This document shows positions 11,919 through 20,990 of a stretch of DNA of 64,000 nucleotides, piece after piece. A program made the translations under genes and the position numbers. The stretch spans positions 64,001 through 128,000 of the forward strand of contig JBBRPR010000019.1 in NCBI GenBank assembly GCA_038227875.1. Direction: 5' to 3'. Position 1 is the stretch's first letter. Each line of letters starts with the position of its first letter. The stretch comes from Planctomycetota bacterium. GTDB lineage: Bacteria; Planctomycetota; SZUA-567; H5-PLA8. The notes under the pieces are model-generated. The model saw nothing but the letters and a program-made list of their open reading frames with translations, was not told the DNA's origin and ran no database searches.

Positions 11919-13811
11919 GTGAACTATCGCCTACCTTCTCTTGTGCTGCTAGCGGTTTTTGCTTTGCCGTGCTTCGGCGCGGATGGGACGCTGGCGCATT
12001 ACACTTTTGATGAAGGCTCGGGCAGCGTCGCGCACGACAGTTCCGGCAACGGATATGATGGCAATCTGGTGAATGGGCCGGTTTGGACCACTGGCATTCG
12101 CAATGGCGCACTGCAATTCAACGGCAGCACGACTTACGTTTCCGTGCCTAACTCGCCGGATGTCAGCGTCTCCAGTTTCTCCGTGTCGGCGTGGATCTTC
12201 AGCACCGCGTCTGGCGTGGACCGCAAGTTCGTGGACAAATGGAATGACACAACCAGCCAGTTCCAATTCGATTGTCAGATTTATCACGACGACAAGACGT
12301 GGTTCGGCGTGGAACAGACCAACGGAGTCGAGCGGATCGCACGTGGCATCACCGTGATTCAGCCCGGCCGTTGGTATCACTACGCTGCGGTTGCCGACAC
12401 TGCCACGCATCAGCTCCGCATCTACATCAACGGCGTTCAAGAGCCGCTGCAATTCGATCCGGGCTGGGACGGCACGATCCACAGCTGGAACATGGAGATG
12501 GACATCGGCCGCAAGACTTCCAATTTCGATTACTGGCCGGGAAAAATCGACGACGTCCGCCTGTACTCCCGTGAGCTGAGATCACTGGAAGTCGGAGGCC
12601 TGGCTGGTGTGGTGGTTGCCGGAACGGACGGCAATGTGCTCGACGGCGAGAACAATGGTACCGGTGTGCCCAGCGGCGATGGCACTCCGGGCGGCGATTA
12701 CGTGCGGACGTTCGCGCTTTCCACGTCCAAGTTGCAGATTCAACAGACGACGCCCGCGGCAAATGCCACGATCAGCTCGCTGTTCAGTGTTACCGTGAAG
12801 TTCAACAAAGACATCGACGCAGCGACAGTAACCACGTCCACCGTACTGCTGTTGAAGCCCGGCGCTGACGGAGTTTTTGGGACCGGTGACGACGTCGTCG
12901 TTACTCCGGCAACCGTGTCGATGACCGACAGCAAAACCGCGGTACTTGATCTGTCCGGCGCACAACTGCCCAACGGAAGTTATCAGCTTCGCGTGACCGG
13001 ATCCGGAACCACGCCGGTGGCGGACGTGAACGGCAATATTCTCGATGGCGACGCGAACAATTCTGCGGGTGGCGATTTCAGCGCGCAGTTCCAAATTCAG
13101 CCCGCGTCTCCCGTGATCACTTCCGCTGCGTCCGCCACACCGAATCCGGCGACGACGGGCCAGGCGGTGGCCTTCGCAGTCGGCGCGCAAATCACGTCGT
13201 CTGAAACCTTGACCTGCGCCTGGGATTTTGGCGATGGCAGTCAGGGGTCCGGCAACAGTCCGACGCACACTTACACAAATGCCGGATCGTTCACGGCAGT
13301 AGCCACCGTCTTCAGCAGTGCCAGTTCGGTGAGCAGCAGCGTGGTGGTCGTGGTCGAGAAGGCACCGGTCAATTTCACGATCGACAAGATCACCGGTTCC
13401 GTCAATTTCACGCGTAGCGGAAAAGACACGGTGAAGTTCTCGGGCGTATTGCCCGGCGTTACGCCCGCGTTCATTCCGCTCGGCGCGATAGTTACGGTGA
13501 ATCTCAGCGGCGCGGCAGCCACGTTTACGCTCGATAAAAATGGACAGGGCAAAACTCCGGTGGGCACGCTGGTGCTCAAACCGGTGACGCCTTCCAAATC
13601 CAAAGTGAAAACGTTCGGCGGCGATTTGAATTTCACCGCGCAGTTGACGGGATCGTATGCGGCTGGCTGGGGCATGAACGCGGCGACGACCGTAACCGCG
13701 CAACCGATCACTCTTGCCGCAACGATCGTGCTAAACGGGACGACCTATCAATCGTCGGTGCAGGTCATTTACTCTGGCAAGGCCAAAGCAAGCGGCAAGT
13801 TCAAGAAGTAA
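11919..13811 (+). CDS. Secreted LamG + Ig-like (Big) + PKD protein with conserved C-terminal domain
   Basis: Likely GTG start with signal peptide (NYRLPSLVLLAVFALPCFG); LamG motifs AHYTFDEGSGSVAHDSSGNG..GKIDDVRLYSREL; PKD WDFGDGSQGSGNSPTHTY. Confidence 0.85.
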   Translation: MNYRLPSLVLLAVFALPCFGADGTLAHYTFDEGSGSVAHDSSGNGYDGNLVNGPVWTTGIRNGALQFNGSTTYVSVPNSPDVSVSSFSVSAWIFSTASGVDRKFVDKWNDTTSQFQFDCQIYHDDKTWFGVEQTNGVERIARGITVIQPGRWYHYAAVADTATHQLRIYINGVQEPLQFDPGWDGTIHSWNMEMDIGRKTSNFDYWPGKIDDVRLYSRELRSLEVGGLAGVVVAGTDGNVLDGENNGTGVPSGDGTPGGDYVRTFALSTSKLQIQQTTPAANATISSLFSVTVKFNKDIDAATVTTSTVLLLKPGADGVFGTGDDVVVTPATVSMTDSKTAVLDLSGAQLPNGSYQLRVTGSGTTPVADVNGNILDGDANNSAGGDFSAQFQIQPASPVITSAASATPNPATTGQAVAFAVGAQITSSETLTCAWDFGDGSQGSGNSPTHTYTNAGSFTAVATVFSSASSVSSSVVVVVEKAPVNFTIDKITGSVNFTRSGKDTVKFSGVLPGVTPAFIPLGAIVTVNLSGAAATFTLDKNGQGKTPVGTLVLKPVTPSKSKVKTFGGDLNFTAQLTGSYAAGWGMNAATTVTAQPITLAATIVLNGTTYQSSVQVIYSGKAKASGKFKK

Positions 13812-13823
13812 AAGGGACCGGAC

Positions 13824-14546
13824 ATGGGCAGCACGACGGGGTTGAGCAAATTGGGGTGGGCACTGCTGGGGGGTATTCCCGCAGCCGCGGTGATTACGCT
13901 CGGCGCGTTCGTCCTCCACTCGAGTTCCAACGCGCCAGCAGCCACGTATGGCGTCGGCTCGCGCGGCGGCGTGGACGGCCCGCGTGTGATCAACTTTTCC
14001 CTGGCGCCAGGAAGCAACGGCGTACCGTCGGCCATTGTGGTTACGTTCGACAAAGCGGTGCAGCCCGAAACGATCAACGTCAACACCTTCAAAGTCGTGC
14101 GCGCAGGCGGAGACGGTGTCTTCGATAACGGTAACGACGTCACAATTCCCGCAGCATCCGTCACGCTGACGGCACCCGACACCGCGAGACTCGATCTGCC
14201 GGGCGCAAAATTGCCTGATGACGATTACCGCGTGACGTTGGTCGCCACGGTCGCTCCTCCCCCACCACCGCCTCCCCCGCCGAGTTCCAGTTCCGGATCG
14301 AGCTCCAGTTCAAGCTCAAGTTCGAGCAGCAGTTCAAGTGGGGCGAGTTCGAGCAGTTCCAGCGGAGCGAGCAGCAGCTCAAGCGGCGGAAGCAGTAGTT
14401 CGAGCACTACCTCAACGTCGAGTTCGTCGGGAGCGAGTTCCAGCGGTGCAAGCAGCTCAGGTGTTGGGAGTTCAAGCGGCGCAAGCAGTTCCAGCGGAGC
14501 GAGCAGCTCCAGCGGAGCAAGTTCGAGCAGCTCTAGCGGAAGTTAG
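13824..14546 (+). CDS. Membrane-anchored protein: partial Ig-like domain, poly-Pro, Ser/Gly-rich tail
   Basis: N-terminal hydrophobic segment; Big-like IVVTFDKAVQPETIN..AGGDGVFDNGND; PPPPPPPP then ~85 aa of S/G/A encoded by mixed Ser codons. Confidence 0.8.
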   Translation: MGSTTGLSKLGWALLGGIPAAAVITLGAFVLHSSSNAPAATYGVGSRGGVDGPRVINFSLAPGSNGVPSAIVVTFDKAVQPETINVNTFKVVRAGGDGVFDNGNDVTIPAASVTLTAPDTARLDLPGAKLPDDDYRVTLVATVAPPPPPPPPPSSSSGSSSSSSSSSSSSSSGASSSSSSGASSSSSGGSSSSSTTSTSSSSGASSSGASSSGVGSSSGASSSSGASSSSGASSSSSSGS

Positions 14547-14606
14547 ACTCCAACATTGAATGGCCGACCCTTTGCATTCCGCTTATCGGACTTGGAGGAG
14601 GCCTTC

Positions 14607-15074
14607 ATGCTTAAACGCATATTCGCAATTTTAATGTTTGGCATTGGTATATTTTCTTTTCGACTCGCTACGGCGTCAGACGAACCGGTTCAATACGACT
14701 GCGATTGGCGCGCAGGGACCACGGTAAGTTCCTCCGCGGCGCGATCTTCGCATACTTTGGAATCGGGATACCCCTATGAGAAGAACAGGGTCCTCGAGTC
14801 CGACATTTACGGTCGAGGTTATCCAGCGGAGAGGAACACGATTATTGAATCTAAAAGCTATGGCGGACAAGGGTATCCTTACGATCGGAATAAAATTATA
14901 GAGTCCAAGAATTACGGAGGCCAAGGATATCCGGTCGAACGCAATAAAGTGATTGAATCAAAACACTACGGCAGTGGGTACCCCTATGAGCGTAATAAGG
15001 TCATCGATTCGAAGAAATTCGGGTCCGATTTCAATCCCATGAGCCACAGCTTTATTGACTCGTCGAATTTTTAA
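14607..15074 (+). CDS. Small secreted protein with 17-18 aa tandem repeats
   Basis: GGAGGAGG RBS before ATG 14607; signal peptide MLKRIFAILMFGIGIFSFRLATA; five GYP(Y)ERNK(V/I)I(E/D)SKxYG-type repeats. Confidence 0.75.
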   Translation: MLKRIFAILMFGIGIFSFRLATASDEPVQYDCDWRAGTTVSSSAARSSHTLESGYPYEKNRVLESDIYGRGYPAERNTIIESKSYGGQGYPYDRNKIIESKNYGGQGYPVERNKVIESKHYGSGYPYERNKVIDSKKFGSDFNPMSHSFIDSSNF

Positions 15075-15676
15075 GGCCGTTCGGACACCGGCTTGTCCTT
15101 CGGAATTCCCGGCAGCGCGCGCTTGGTTCCGCCGTGCGCTTCGCCTTCCAGCAGAGCGTCAATGTCATCGTACGGATACACAACCGGGGCTTTGTACGCC
15201 ATCAGGCCGCCGGTGTCGCTCGTCGGGCCGTAGGTGCTGTAGACGTCGCGGCCGAGCATACGCAGGTAGGCGATGAGCTGCCCGCGGTGGTGCGACGTGT
15301 GCGTCATGCGCCGCGTCATCACCCACGCGCGCGAGCGGTTCACTTCGAAAAATGGCGTGCGCGCTTCCCACCACTCGTCCGGCTCGGTCTTCAGGCGCGC
15401 GAGGCGCTCGCCGGATCGGTCGGCGTACGTCGCGATGAATGCGAGTCGCGTTTCGCTTTCAGGCAGCGGTTTCCTGCCGAGATCGATGCCGAGCATCGTC
15501 TTGAACCACAGGTCTTCCGAGACGCATTGATGGACCATCTGCTCGAGGACACTGCGGCCACGGCGCTGCGGATCGGCCGGCCGCCAGGGCAGGTCGTCGT
15601 CGCGGAACATCGACCAAGCGCTGAGCACTTTCAGGCGCTCGGTCTCGTAGCTTTCAATCAGGAAATCGTAGCGCAT
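15071..15676 (-). CDS. DinB family protein
   Basis: RSVLEQMVHQCVSEDLWF and HTSHHRGQLIAYLRMLG metal-binding His motifs. Confidence 0.85.
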   Translation of the reverse strand: MRYDFLIESYETERLKVLSAWSMFRDDDLPWRPADPQRRGRSVLEQMVHQCVSEDLWFKTMLGIDLGRKPLPESETRLAFIATYADRSGERLARLKTEPDEWWEARTPFFEVNRSRAWVMTRRMTHTSHHRGQLIAYLRMLGRDVYSTYGPTSDTGGLMAYKAPVVYPYDDIDALLEGEAHGGTKRALPGIPKDKPVSERP

Positions 15677-15699
15677 GGGATCGCTCCCGGAGCACGGCA

Positions 15700-16794
15700 C
15701 TACTTATTGAACAGGAAGTGCATCACATCGCCGTCTTGAACAATGTAGTCCTTGCCTTCCGTGCGCAGCTTGCCGACAGTGCGGCAGCCTTTTTCGCCTT
15801 TGTTGGCGATGTAGTCGTCGTAGCTGGCGACTTCCGCGCGGATGAAACCTTTTTCGAAGTCGGTGTGAATCACTCCGGCGGCGCGCGGCGCTTTCCAGCC
15901 TTTCTGGATCTGCCACGCGCGCACTTCGATTTCACCGGCGGTGAAGTACGTCGCCAGGCCCAGCAGGTCGTACCCGGCGCGGACCAGGCCGTCGACGCCG
16001 GCTTCCGTCATGCCCAGCGTTTCCATGAACGATTTGCGTTCATCGGCGCTGAGTTGCACGAGCTCGCTTTCGATCTTGCCGGAGATCATCGTCGCGCGCG
16101 CGCCGACCTTCGCGGCGTGCGCGTAGACGCCTTTACTGTAATCGTTGCCGCCGGCCGCAATGTCGTTCTCGCCGATGTTGCAGACAAAAAGCATCGGTTT
16201 GGCGGTGATCAGATGACAGTCGGCGAGGAAAACCATTTCTTCCGGCGTCAGGTTCATCGCGCGGACCGGTTTCAGTTCGTTGAGCAGCCCCATCACCTTC
16301 TGCAGGGTCGGCACAGCGGCCAGCGCGTCCTTGTCGTTCTTGCGCTTGATGCAGCGGTCGAGCTTGGTCTTGACGGTCTCTTCGTCCTTGAAGATCAATT
16401 CCAAGTCGATGACTTCGATGTCGCGGACCGGGTCGACCTTGCCATCGACATGGACGACGTCGGGGTCATCGAAGCAGCGGACGACGTGAAGCACGGCGTC
16501 GACCATTTTAATCGCGGAGAGGAAGGAGTTGCCCTTGCCCAATCCTTTCGCAGCGCCTTTGACCAGGCCGGCGATGTCGACGAGTTCGATCTTGGTCGGG
16601 ACGACGCGGTCGGTTTTGACGATCGCCTGGAGCGCCCAGAGCCGATTGTCGGGCACGGTGACCATGCCCGCGTTGGGATCGATGGTGCAGAACGGATAGT
16701 TGGCCGCCTGCGCCGCCTGCGTCATCGTCAACGCATTGAAAATGGTGCTCTTGCCCACGTTGGGCAGGCCTACGATACCGCAATTGAAACCCAT
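15700..16794 (-). CDS. ychF: Redox-regulated ribosome-binding ATPase YchF
   Basis: [61 protein letters not shown]. Confidence 0.97.
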   Translation of the reverse strand: MGFNCGIVGLPNVGKSTIFNALTMTQAAQAANYPFCTIDPNAGMVTVPDNRLWALQAIVKTDRVVPTKIELVDIAGLVKGAAKGLGKGNSFLSAIKMVDAVLHVVRCFDDPDVVHVDGKVDPVRDIEVIDLELIFKDEETVKTKLDRCIKRKNDKDALAAVPTLQKVMGLLNELKPVRAMNLTPEEMVFLADCHLITAKPMLFVCNIGENDIAAGGNDYSKGVYAHAAKVGARATMISGKIESELVQLSADERKSFMETLGMTEAGVDGLVRAGYDLLGLATYFTAGEIEVRAWQIQKGWKAPRAAGVIHTDFEKGFIRAEVASYDDYIANKGEKGCRTVGKLRTEGKDYIVQDGDVMHFLFNK

Positions 16795-16817
16795 GGTAAC
16801 TCCGGCTGGACAGTGCA

Positions 16818-16843
16818 ACCCTGTTGCAAATTTGCAACAGGGT
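16818..16843. repeat. 26-bp palindrome family, copy 2
   Basis: ACCCTG-TTG-CAAATTTG-CAA-CAGGGT; perfect 28-bp palindrome with flanks, ~24 bp upstream of the ychF start. Confidence 0.85.
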
Positions 16844-16903
16844 TCAAAGTGAAGTGGGGAAGTCTACACGAAGGGAGTGCGGATGCAAATGTGCCGATTG
16901 TCT

Positions 16904-17040
16904 GTGCCACGGATGCGCGAATTTCTGAGCGTAGCGAAGAAATTGGCTCATCCGTGCTTTACGTCTTCCCATTTCCGTGCGTAACGGCACGGATGAACGG
17001 ACATTTTCGCTCCGCTCAAATGTCCGCGCATCCGTGGCAC
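16904..17040. repeat. Inverted doublet of ~55-bp hairpin REP-like units (GTGCCAC-ended family)
   Basis: Perfect 16-bp terminal inverted repeat GTGCCACGGATGCGCG/CGCGCATCCGTGGCAC; each unit folds internally around GAGCG(T/G)AGCGAA. Confidence 0.8.
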
Positions 17041-17070
17041 CAGATTGGAAAGGGCGGTACACTTCCTCGC

Positions 17071-17943
17071 ATGAGCTCCGTGCTGTCGCGACTTTCGCCC
17101 TACGTTCGCATCGCGCACGATTTTACCACGCCTGCATTCAGCCTCAAACCGCGCTGGATCAACGATCACGCGCTGCTTTACTTCAAACACGGGACGGGCA
17201 CGTTCTATCATCGCGGCGAGCGCTATCCGATTACGCCCGGCACGCTGTTTTTCGTCGGGCCGAGCGTCGAACATGCGTTCGACGGCGCGGGGCAGCCCTT
17301 TCACATGCTCAATCTGCACGTCGATCTAATCGAACGCCCCGACAGCGCGACGATCGATTACAACCAGCGACCCGGCAGCCATTCACCACCGCCGAAGCGC
17401 GACACGTTCGAGCCGCTGGCCAAAGAACTGGCGCTGCCGGTCTGCATCCGCATCCGCAGGCAGGCGGTCTATGAGCGCCTCTTTTTTCGCGTGCACGGCC
17501 TATTTACGCTCGGCGACGTCGCCAGCCGCTTGCAGATCAAGGCGGCGGTGATCGATGTGTTCGCGTTTCTTTTCCGGGAGCGGCAGCAGAGCGAAGTCTC
17601 TCCGGCCTTGCGCGCGCAGTTGCCGGCGCTCGAGGATGCCGTCCGCTACCTGCAGGCGAATTTTCGCCGCCGCATCGGCCATGCGGAAGCGGCGGCGAAA
17701 GCGGGCTTGAGTAGTTCGTACTTCGCGCGCTGCTTCAAGGAATACTACGGCGTTTCGCCCATCCGTTTCCTGACGCAGTTGCGGATGGAGAAGGCGAAGA
17801 CCGAACTGACGCTGACGCAACACCCGATCAAGCTGATCGCCGCCGGCGTGGGCTACGGCAGCATCCATCACTTCACGCGCGCGTTCACGCAGCACGTAGG
17901 CGTTTCTCCTGCGGCGTACCGTGAGACGCACGGAGCTTCGTAG
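17071..17943 (+). CDS. AraC family transcriptional regulator
   Basis: N-terminal cupin-like domain; C-terminal AGLSSSYFARCFKEYYGVSP..GYGSIHHFTRAFTQHVGVSPAAYR; ATG 17071. Confidence 0.92.
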   Translation: MSSVLSRLSPYVRIAHDFTTPAFSLKPRWINDHALLYFKHGTGTFYHRGERYPITPGTLFFVGPSVEHAFDGAGQPFHMLNLHVDLIERPDSATIDYNQRPGSHSPPPKRDTFEPLAKELALPVCIRIRRQAVYERLFFRVHGLFTLGDVASRLQIKAAVIDVFAFLFRERQQSEVSPALRAQLPALEDAVRYLQANFRRRIGHAEAAAKAGLSSSYFARCFKEYYGVSPIRFLTQLRMEKAKTELTLTQHPIKLIAAGVGYGSIHHFTRAFTQHVGVSPAAYRETHGAS

Positions 17944-18115
17944 TTCGGGCGTCTCGCCCGGTCTAACCAATGCATTAGCAAGCATTGCCTTTGTGCGATG
18001 GAATGTTTCTATACCGCAAGCAACGCGGCTTTGCTGTCGCAAGAGAGATCGAACTTCGGCGGTATCGCACATCTCACATAGGGATTGGTTAGACCGGGCG
18101 GGACGCCCGGTCTAC
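17940..18115. repeat. Inverted pair of GTAG-type REP-like elements
   Basis: GTAGTTCGGGCGTCTCGCCCGGTCTAACCAAT (17940-17971) and ATTGGTTAGACCGGGCGGGACGCCCGGTCTAC (18084-18115). Confidence 0.8.
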
Positions 18116-18223
18116 AAAAATAAGAATGTGCAAAAGATGAGGAACCCGCGTCAAAGACGATGCGCTCGCGCGCGTGTATGTTCTCAGCAGAGATAAAACT
18201 CATCCCTGCGGAGAACTGAAAAC

Positions 18224-19069
18224 ATGGACAGCCTGGAACAATACGAATTCGATCGGCTCGGCTACCTGATCATCAAGAACATGCTCAAGCCCGACGAAGT
18301 TCGAACGCTCAGCCGCACAGTTGATGCGTTGGAAGAGCACGCCGCTCAATGCGTTCATTTGCCGCCACGCAAGGCGTTTCCGTGGGGCAATGGCGATGCG
18401 CACCGCAATCCCGAGCGGGGTTACCACGTCCACGGCTCACAGGCGGAAGGCAGCACCATCGTGGTCGACGACTTCTGGAATTTCTCGCCCGAGTTTGATG
18501 TGCTGCTCAACCACGGCAAGACCATGAGTTACATCAAAACGATCGTGCAGTCGCGGCCGACGATCAACAATTCGGAAGTGCGCATCCGCTATCCGCAGAA
18601 CGCCACCGGCTGCCACATGGGCGGGCCGATCGATCACAAGTACCGCTACAGTTTCACGCAGGGCAAAATCGACTGCATGATGGTGCGGATGATCTATTTC
18701 CTTCACGACGTCAACCTCGATCAGGGTCCGTTCTCCGTTGTGCCGGCAACGCACAAAACCAATTTCAAGCCACCGTACGGCCACAACCCCGATCAGGAAC
18801 CGGGCATGATTGGATTGGAAGTGAAAGCGGGCGATGCGATTTTGTTTACCGAAAATCTGCGCCACGGCGGACTGACCAATCGCTCAAAGCAGACACGCAA
18901 GACGCTGCATGTCGGCTACGGACCGAATTGGATGATGTCTCAGAACATCGCGACAATGGACGAACCCAATTACATCACCGCCGAAACCCGAGCGCGGCTC
19001 ACGCCCGAACAACTGGCGCTGTTCGATGCGTGGCCCGCTCCGAAGGAAGAATTGGCGGCGGCGAAATAA
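18224..19069 (+). CDS. PhyH-family Fe(II)/2-oxoglutarate oxygenase (HxG variant)
   Basis: FDRLGYLIIKNML, FLHDVNLDQGPFSVVPATHK, KAGDAILFTENLRHGG, distal Arg; first ligand motif is HMG. Confidence 0.88.
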   Translation: MDSLEQYEFDRLGYLIIKNMLKPDEVRTLSRTVDALEEHAAQCVHLPPRKAFPWGNGDAHRNPERGYHVHGSQAEGSTIVVDDFWNFSPEFDVLLNHGKTMSYIKTIVQSRPTINNSEVRIRYPQNATGCHMGGPIDHKYRYSFTQGKIDCMMVRMIYFLHDVNLDQGPFSVVPATHKTNFKPPYGHNPDQEPGMIGLEVKAGDAILFTENLRHGGLTNRSKQTRKTLHVGYGPNWMMSQNIATMDEPNYITAETRARLTPEQLALFDAWPAPKEELAAAK

Positions 19070-19073
19070 AAAA

Positions 19074-20870
19074 CTACAGCGCGTCGATACTGGTGAGCGG
19101 ATGCCAGCCCTCGTCGGTGGGACCCTCGATCGCAAACCAGACCTTCGGGTTGTCCTTCTCATCGACGATGCCGAGCGCCACTTTCACTTCGCCTTTCGTG
19201 AAGCCGCTAGGAAAGGCGATGTTCTCCTGGAAGAAATTCTGGCCCGGCATCCAGGTGCGAATGTCTTCCTTGAAGTGCACGACCTTCGCGCGCTTGCCCT
19301 GTTTAAAGCGGATCGCCAGCTTGTAGGGCCGATAGATCGGCGCGCAGCCGACGTTGTCGGTGAAGACTTTGAACTCCATCTTCGCGCCGGGCTTGGCTTC
19401 CAGCGGCAGGCGCATCTGCCGCAGCGTAAATCGGTAGCCGATCTTCTTGTCGAACTCGATGAGTTTCTTCAGGGCGCGTTCGGGGAAGAACGCGTTCTTC
19501 GGCATGAAGACTGACATGTGGTACTTGTAGCCTTCCTGGACGATGTAATCGAGATCGTGGTCGCTCAGCACCCACGTCGCGACGTTGCCGCACGTTTCCA
19601 TCGTCACCGGCGCGGTCTGCCACGCCTCTTTGACGCCGCAAAGCTCGATCTCCTGCGGATAGCTGTCAAAGGTGTGATTGAAGCAGAGATGGCGCGGCAC
19701 TTCGGGCACATCCTTGAAGCGCAAGTCGCCGAAGCAGTCCGCGCGCCAGCCAATCGGATGGCCGGTTTTCTTCGACCACTTCGCGGAGTGATGACAGCCG
19801 GGTCCACCGAGCATGGCCAGTAGCTGCGTTTTCTTGAACGACTTCAAGTAGACGTCAGTCAGCTTGTACGCCGTCTGCGCTGTGGAATTGCCGCCCGATT
19901 CGCCCCAGAATCCGGCATAGGCCATGTCGATGCTCTCGAGGTCCGGATGGCCGTCGTACTTCTTCGCAAAGGCGCGAATGAAATTTCCGAAATGCTTCAA
20001 GTAGAGCGGATCGTTGCTGTCGGGCTCGTGCTTCGCGTATGGTCCGCGGTCGATCCACGCGGCGCCGGTGTCCCAGTACCAATCCGGGAGATTGACTGTC
20101 CAGCCGGGCGGATGGCGCTTGGCCTTCAGCGGTTCCTTGTCAGTGTCCACGCGCGACGTATACGGCTGAAAGCGGAGCTGCGCAGTCTGGCCGCGATCGT
20201 GAGCGGTCTTCAAGGCCGCGTCGACCAGCTTCCAATTGTACTTTCCCTTTTCCGGCTCCAGCCACTTCCACGGCCAGCGGCAATAGGTCAGCGTGGTGCG
20301 CGGGATGTACTTCACGTTGTCGGGGACTGTTTTTCCGCTCGGGAATTCGAGCGGGCCATGCGTGTCAGACGTAGCCCACGACGGGTATGTGTCTTCGCCC
20401 TGAAAACGCTGGAACGTGGTCGTGCCGCGGTGCGGGTTGTGGATGTAGTCGAAGTGTTCCTTGGGGCGCACGCGCTGGATGACTTCATCGGGTCCAAATG
20501 CGTCGCGCCAATATACGATCGGCTTGCGCTTCACGGCCTTGCGGTTGGTGTTGGCGTGAATTTCGCGAAGCAGCGCCGGAACCTGTTCCAGGCCCATGTG
20601 ACGCGAGAATACTTTTTTCCACGCGGCGGGCGTGTTGGTTTTCGGCGCGTGATTGGTGAAGGCGGGAAGTTCGCGCAACACTTCCATGACGGACTCAGCG
20701 TGCTTGTTCTTCGACGAAAGCGACTGCTCCCAGTGCTTGCGGCTCTTCAGTTCCGGCGGAAGGTCCTGGATGACATCGGGAAGCGCGTTGACCACATCCA
20801 TGATGCGGTCGATGACCTGGCGGTCGGACAGTTTACGGTGCGAGGTTACGGGCGTGTGTGATCCTGCCAT
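19074..20870 (-). CDS. DUF4832-domain putative glycoside hydrolase (GH42/GH-A-like barrel)
   Basis: YCRWPWKWLEPEKGKYNW, FAKKYDGHPDLESID, GFWGE, KKIGYRF, NVGCAPIY; ~120 aa helical N-terminal extension, no signal peptide. Confidence 0.75.
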   Translation of the reverse strand: MAGSHTPVTSHRKLSDRQVIDRIMDVVNALPDVIQDLPPELKSRKHWEQSLSSKNKHAESVMEVLRELPAFTNHAPKTNTPAAWKKVFSRHMGLEQVPALLREIHANTNRKAVKRKPIVYWRDAFGPDEVIQRVRPKEHFDYIHNPHRGTTTFQRFQGEDTYPSWATSDTHGPLEFPSGKTVPDNVKYIPRTTLTYCRWPWKWLEPEKGKYNWKLVDAALKTAHDRGQTAQLRFQPYTSRVDTDKEPLKAKRHPPGWTVNLPDWYWDTGAAWIDRGPYAKHEPDSNDPLYLKHFGNFIRAFAKKYDGHPDLESIDMAYAGFWGESGGNSTAQTAYKLTDVYLKSFKKTQLLAMLGGPGCHHSAKWSKKTGHPIGWRADCFGDLRFKDVPEVPRHLCFNHTFDSYPQEIELCGVKEAWQTAPVTMETCGNVATWVLSDHDLDYIVQEGYKYHMSVFMPKNAFFPERALKKLIEFDKKIGYRFTLRQMRLPLEAKPGAKMEFKVFTDNVGCAPIYRPYKLAIRFKQGKRAKVVHFKEDIRTWMPGQNFFQENIAFPSGFTKGEVKVALGIVDEKDNPKVWFAIEGPTDEGWHPLTSIDAL

Positions 20871-20990
20871 TACGAGTGGCTCCTTTTCGATGCGGAAATG
20901 GATGAACTCTTATAGCATACACCGCAGTTGGCGTTGTGTGCGAATGTACACCCTTGAATGAAACTCGCGTCGTGACTACACTCCGGTATT

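Noticed and set aside
14760..15010. Diversity-generating retroelement or CRISPR-like DNA repeats
   Set aside because: Repeats are in-frame coding units differing at synonymous sites; no reverse transcriptase and no adenine-specific variation
15718..17070. Apparent 741-aa AraC fusion protein
   Set aside because: The first ~450 aa are antisense to ychF and run through repeat DNA; the credible gene starts at ATG 17071
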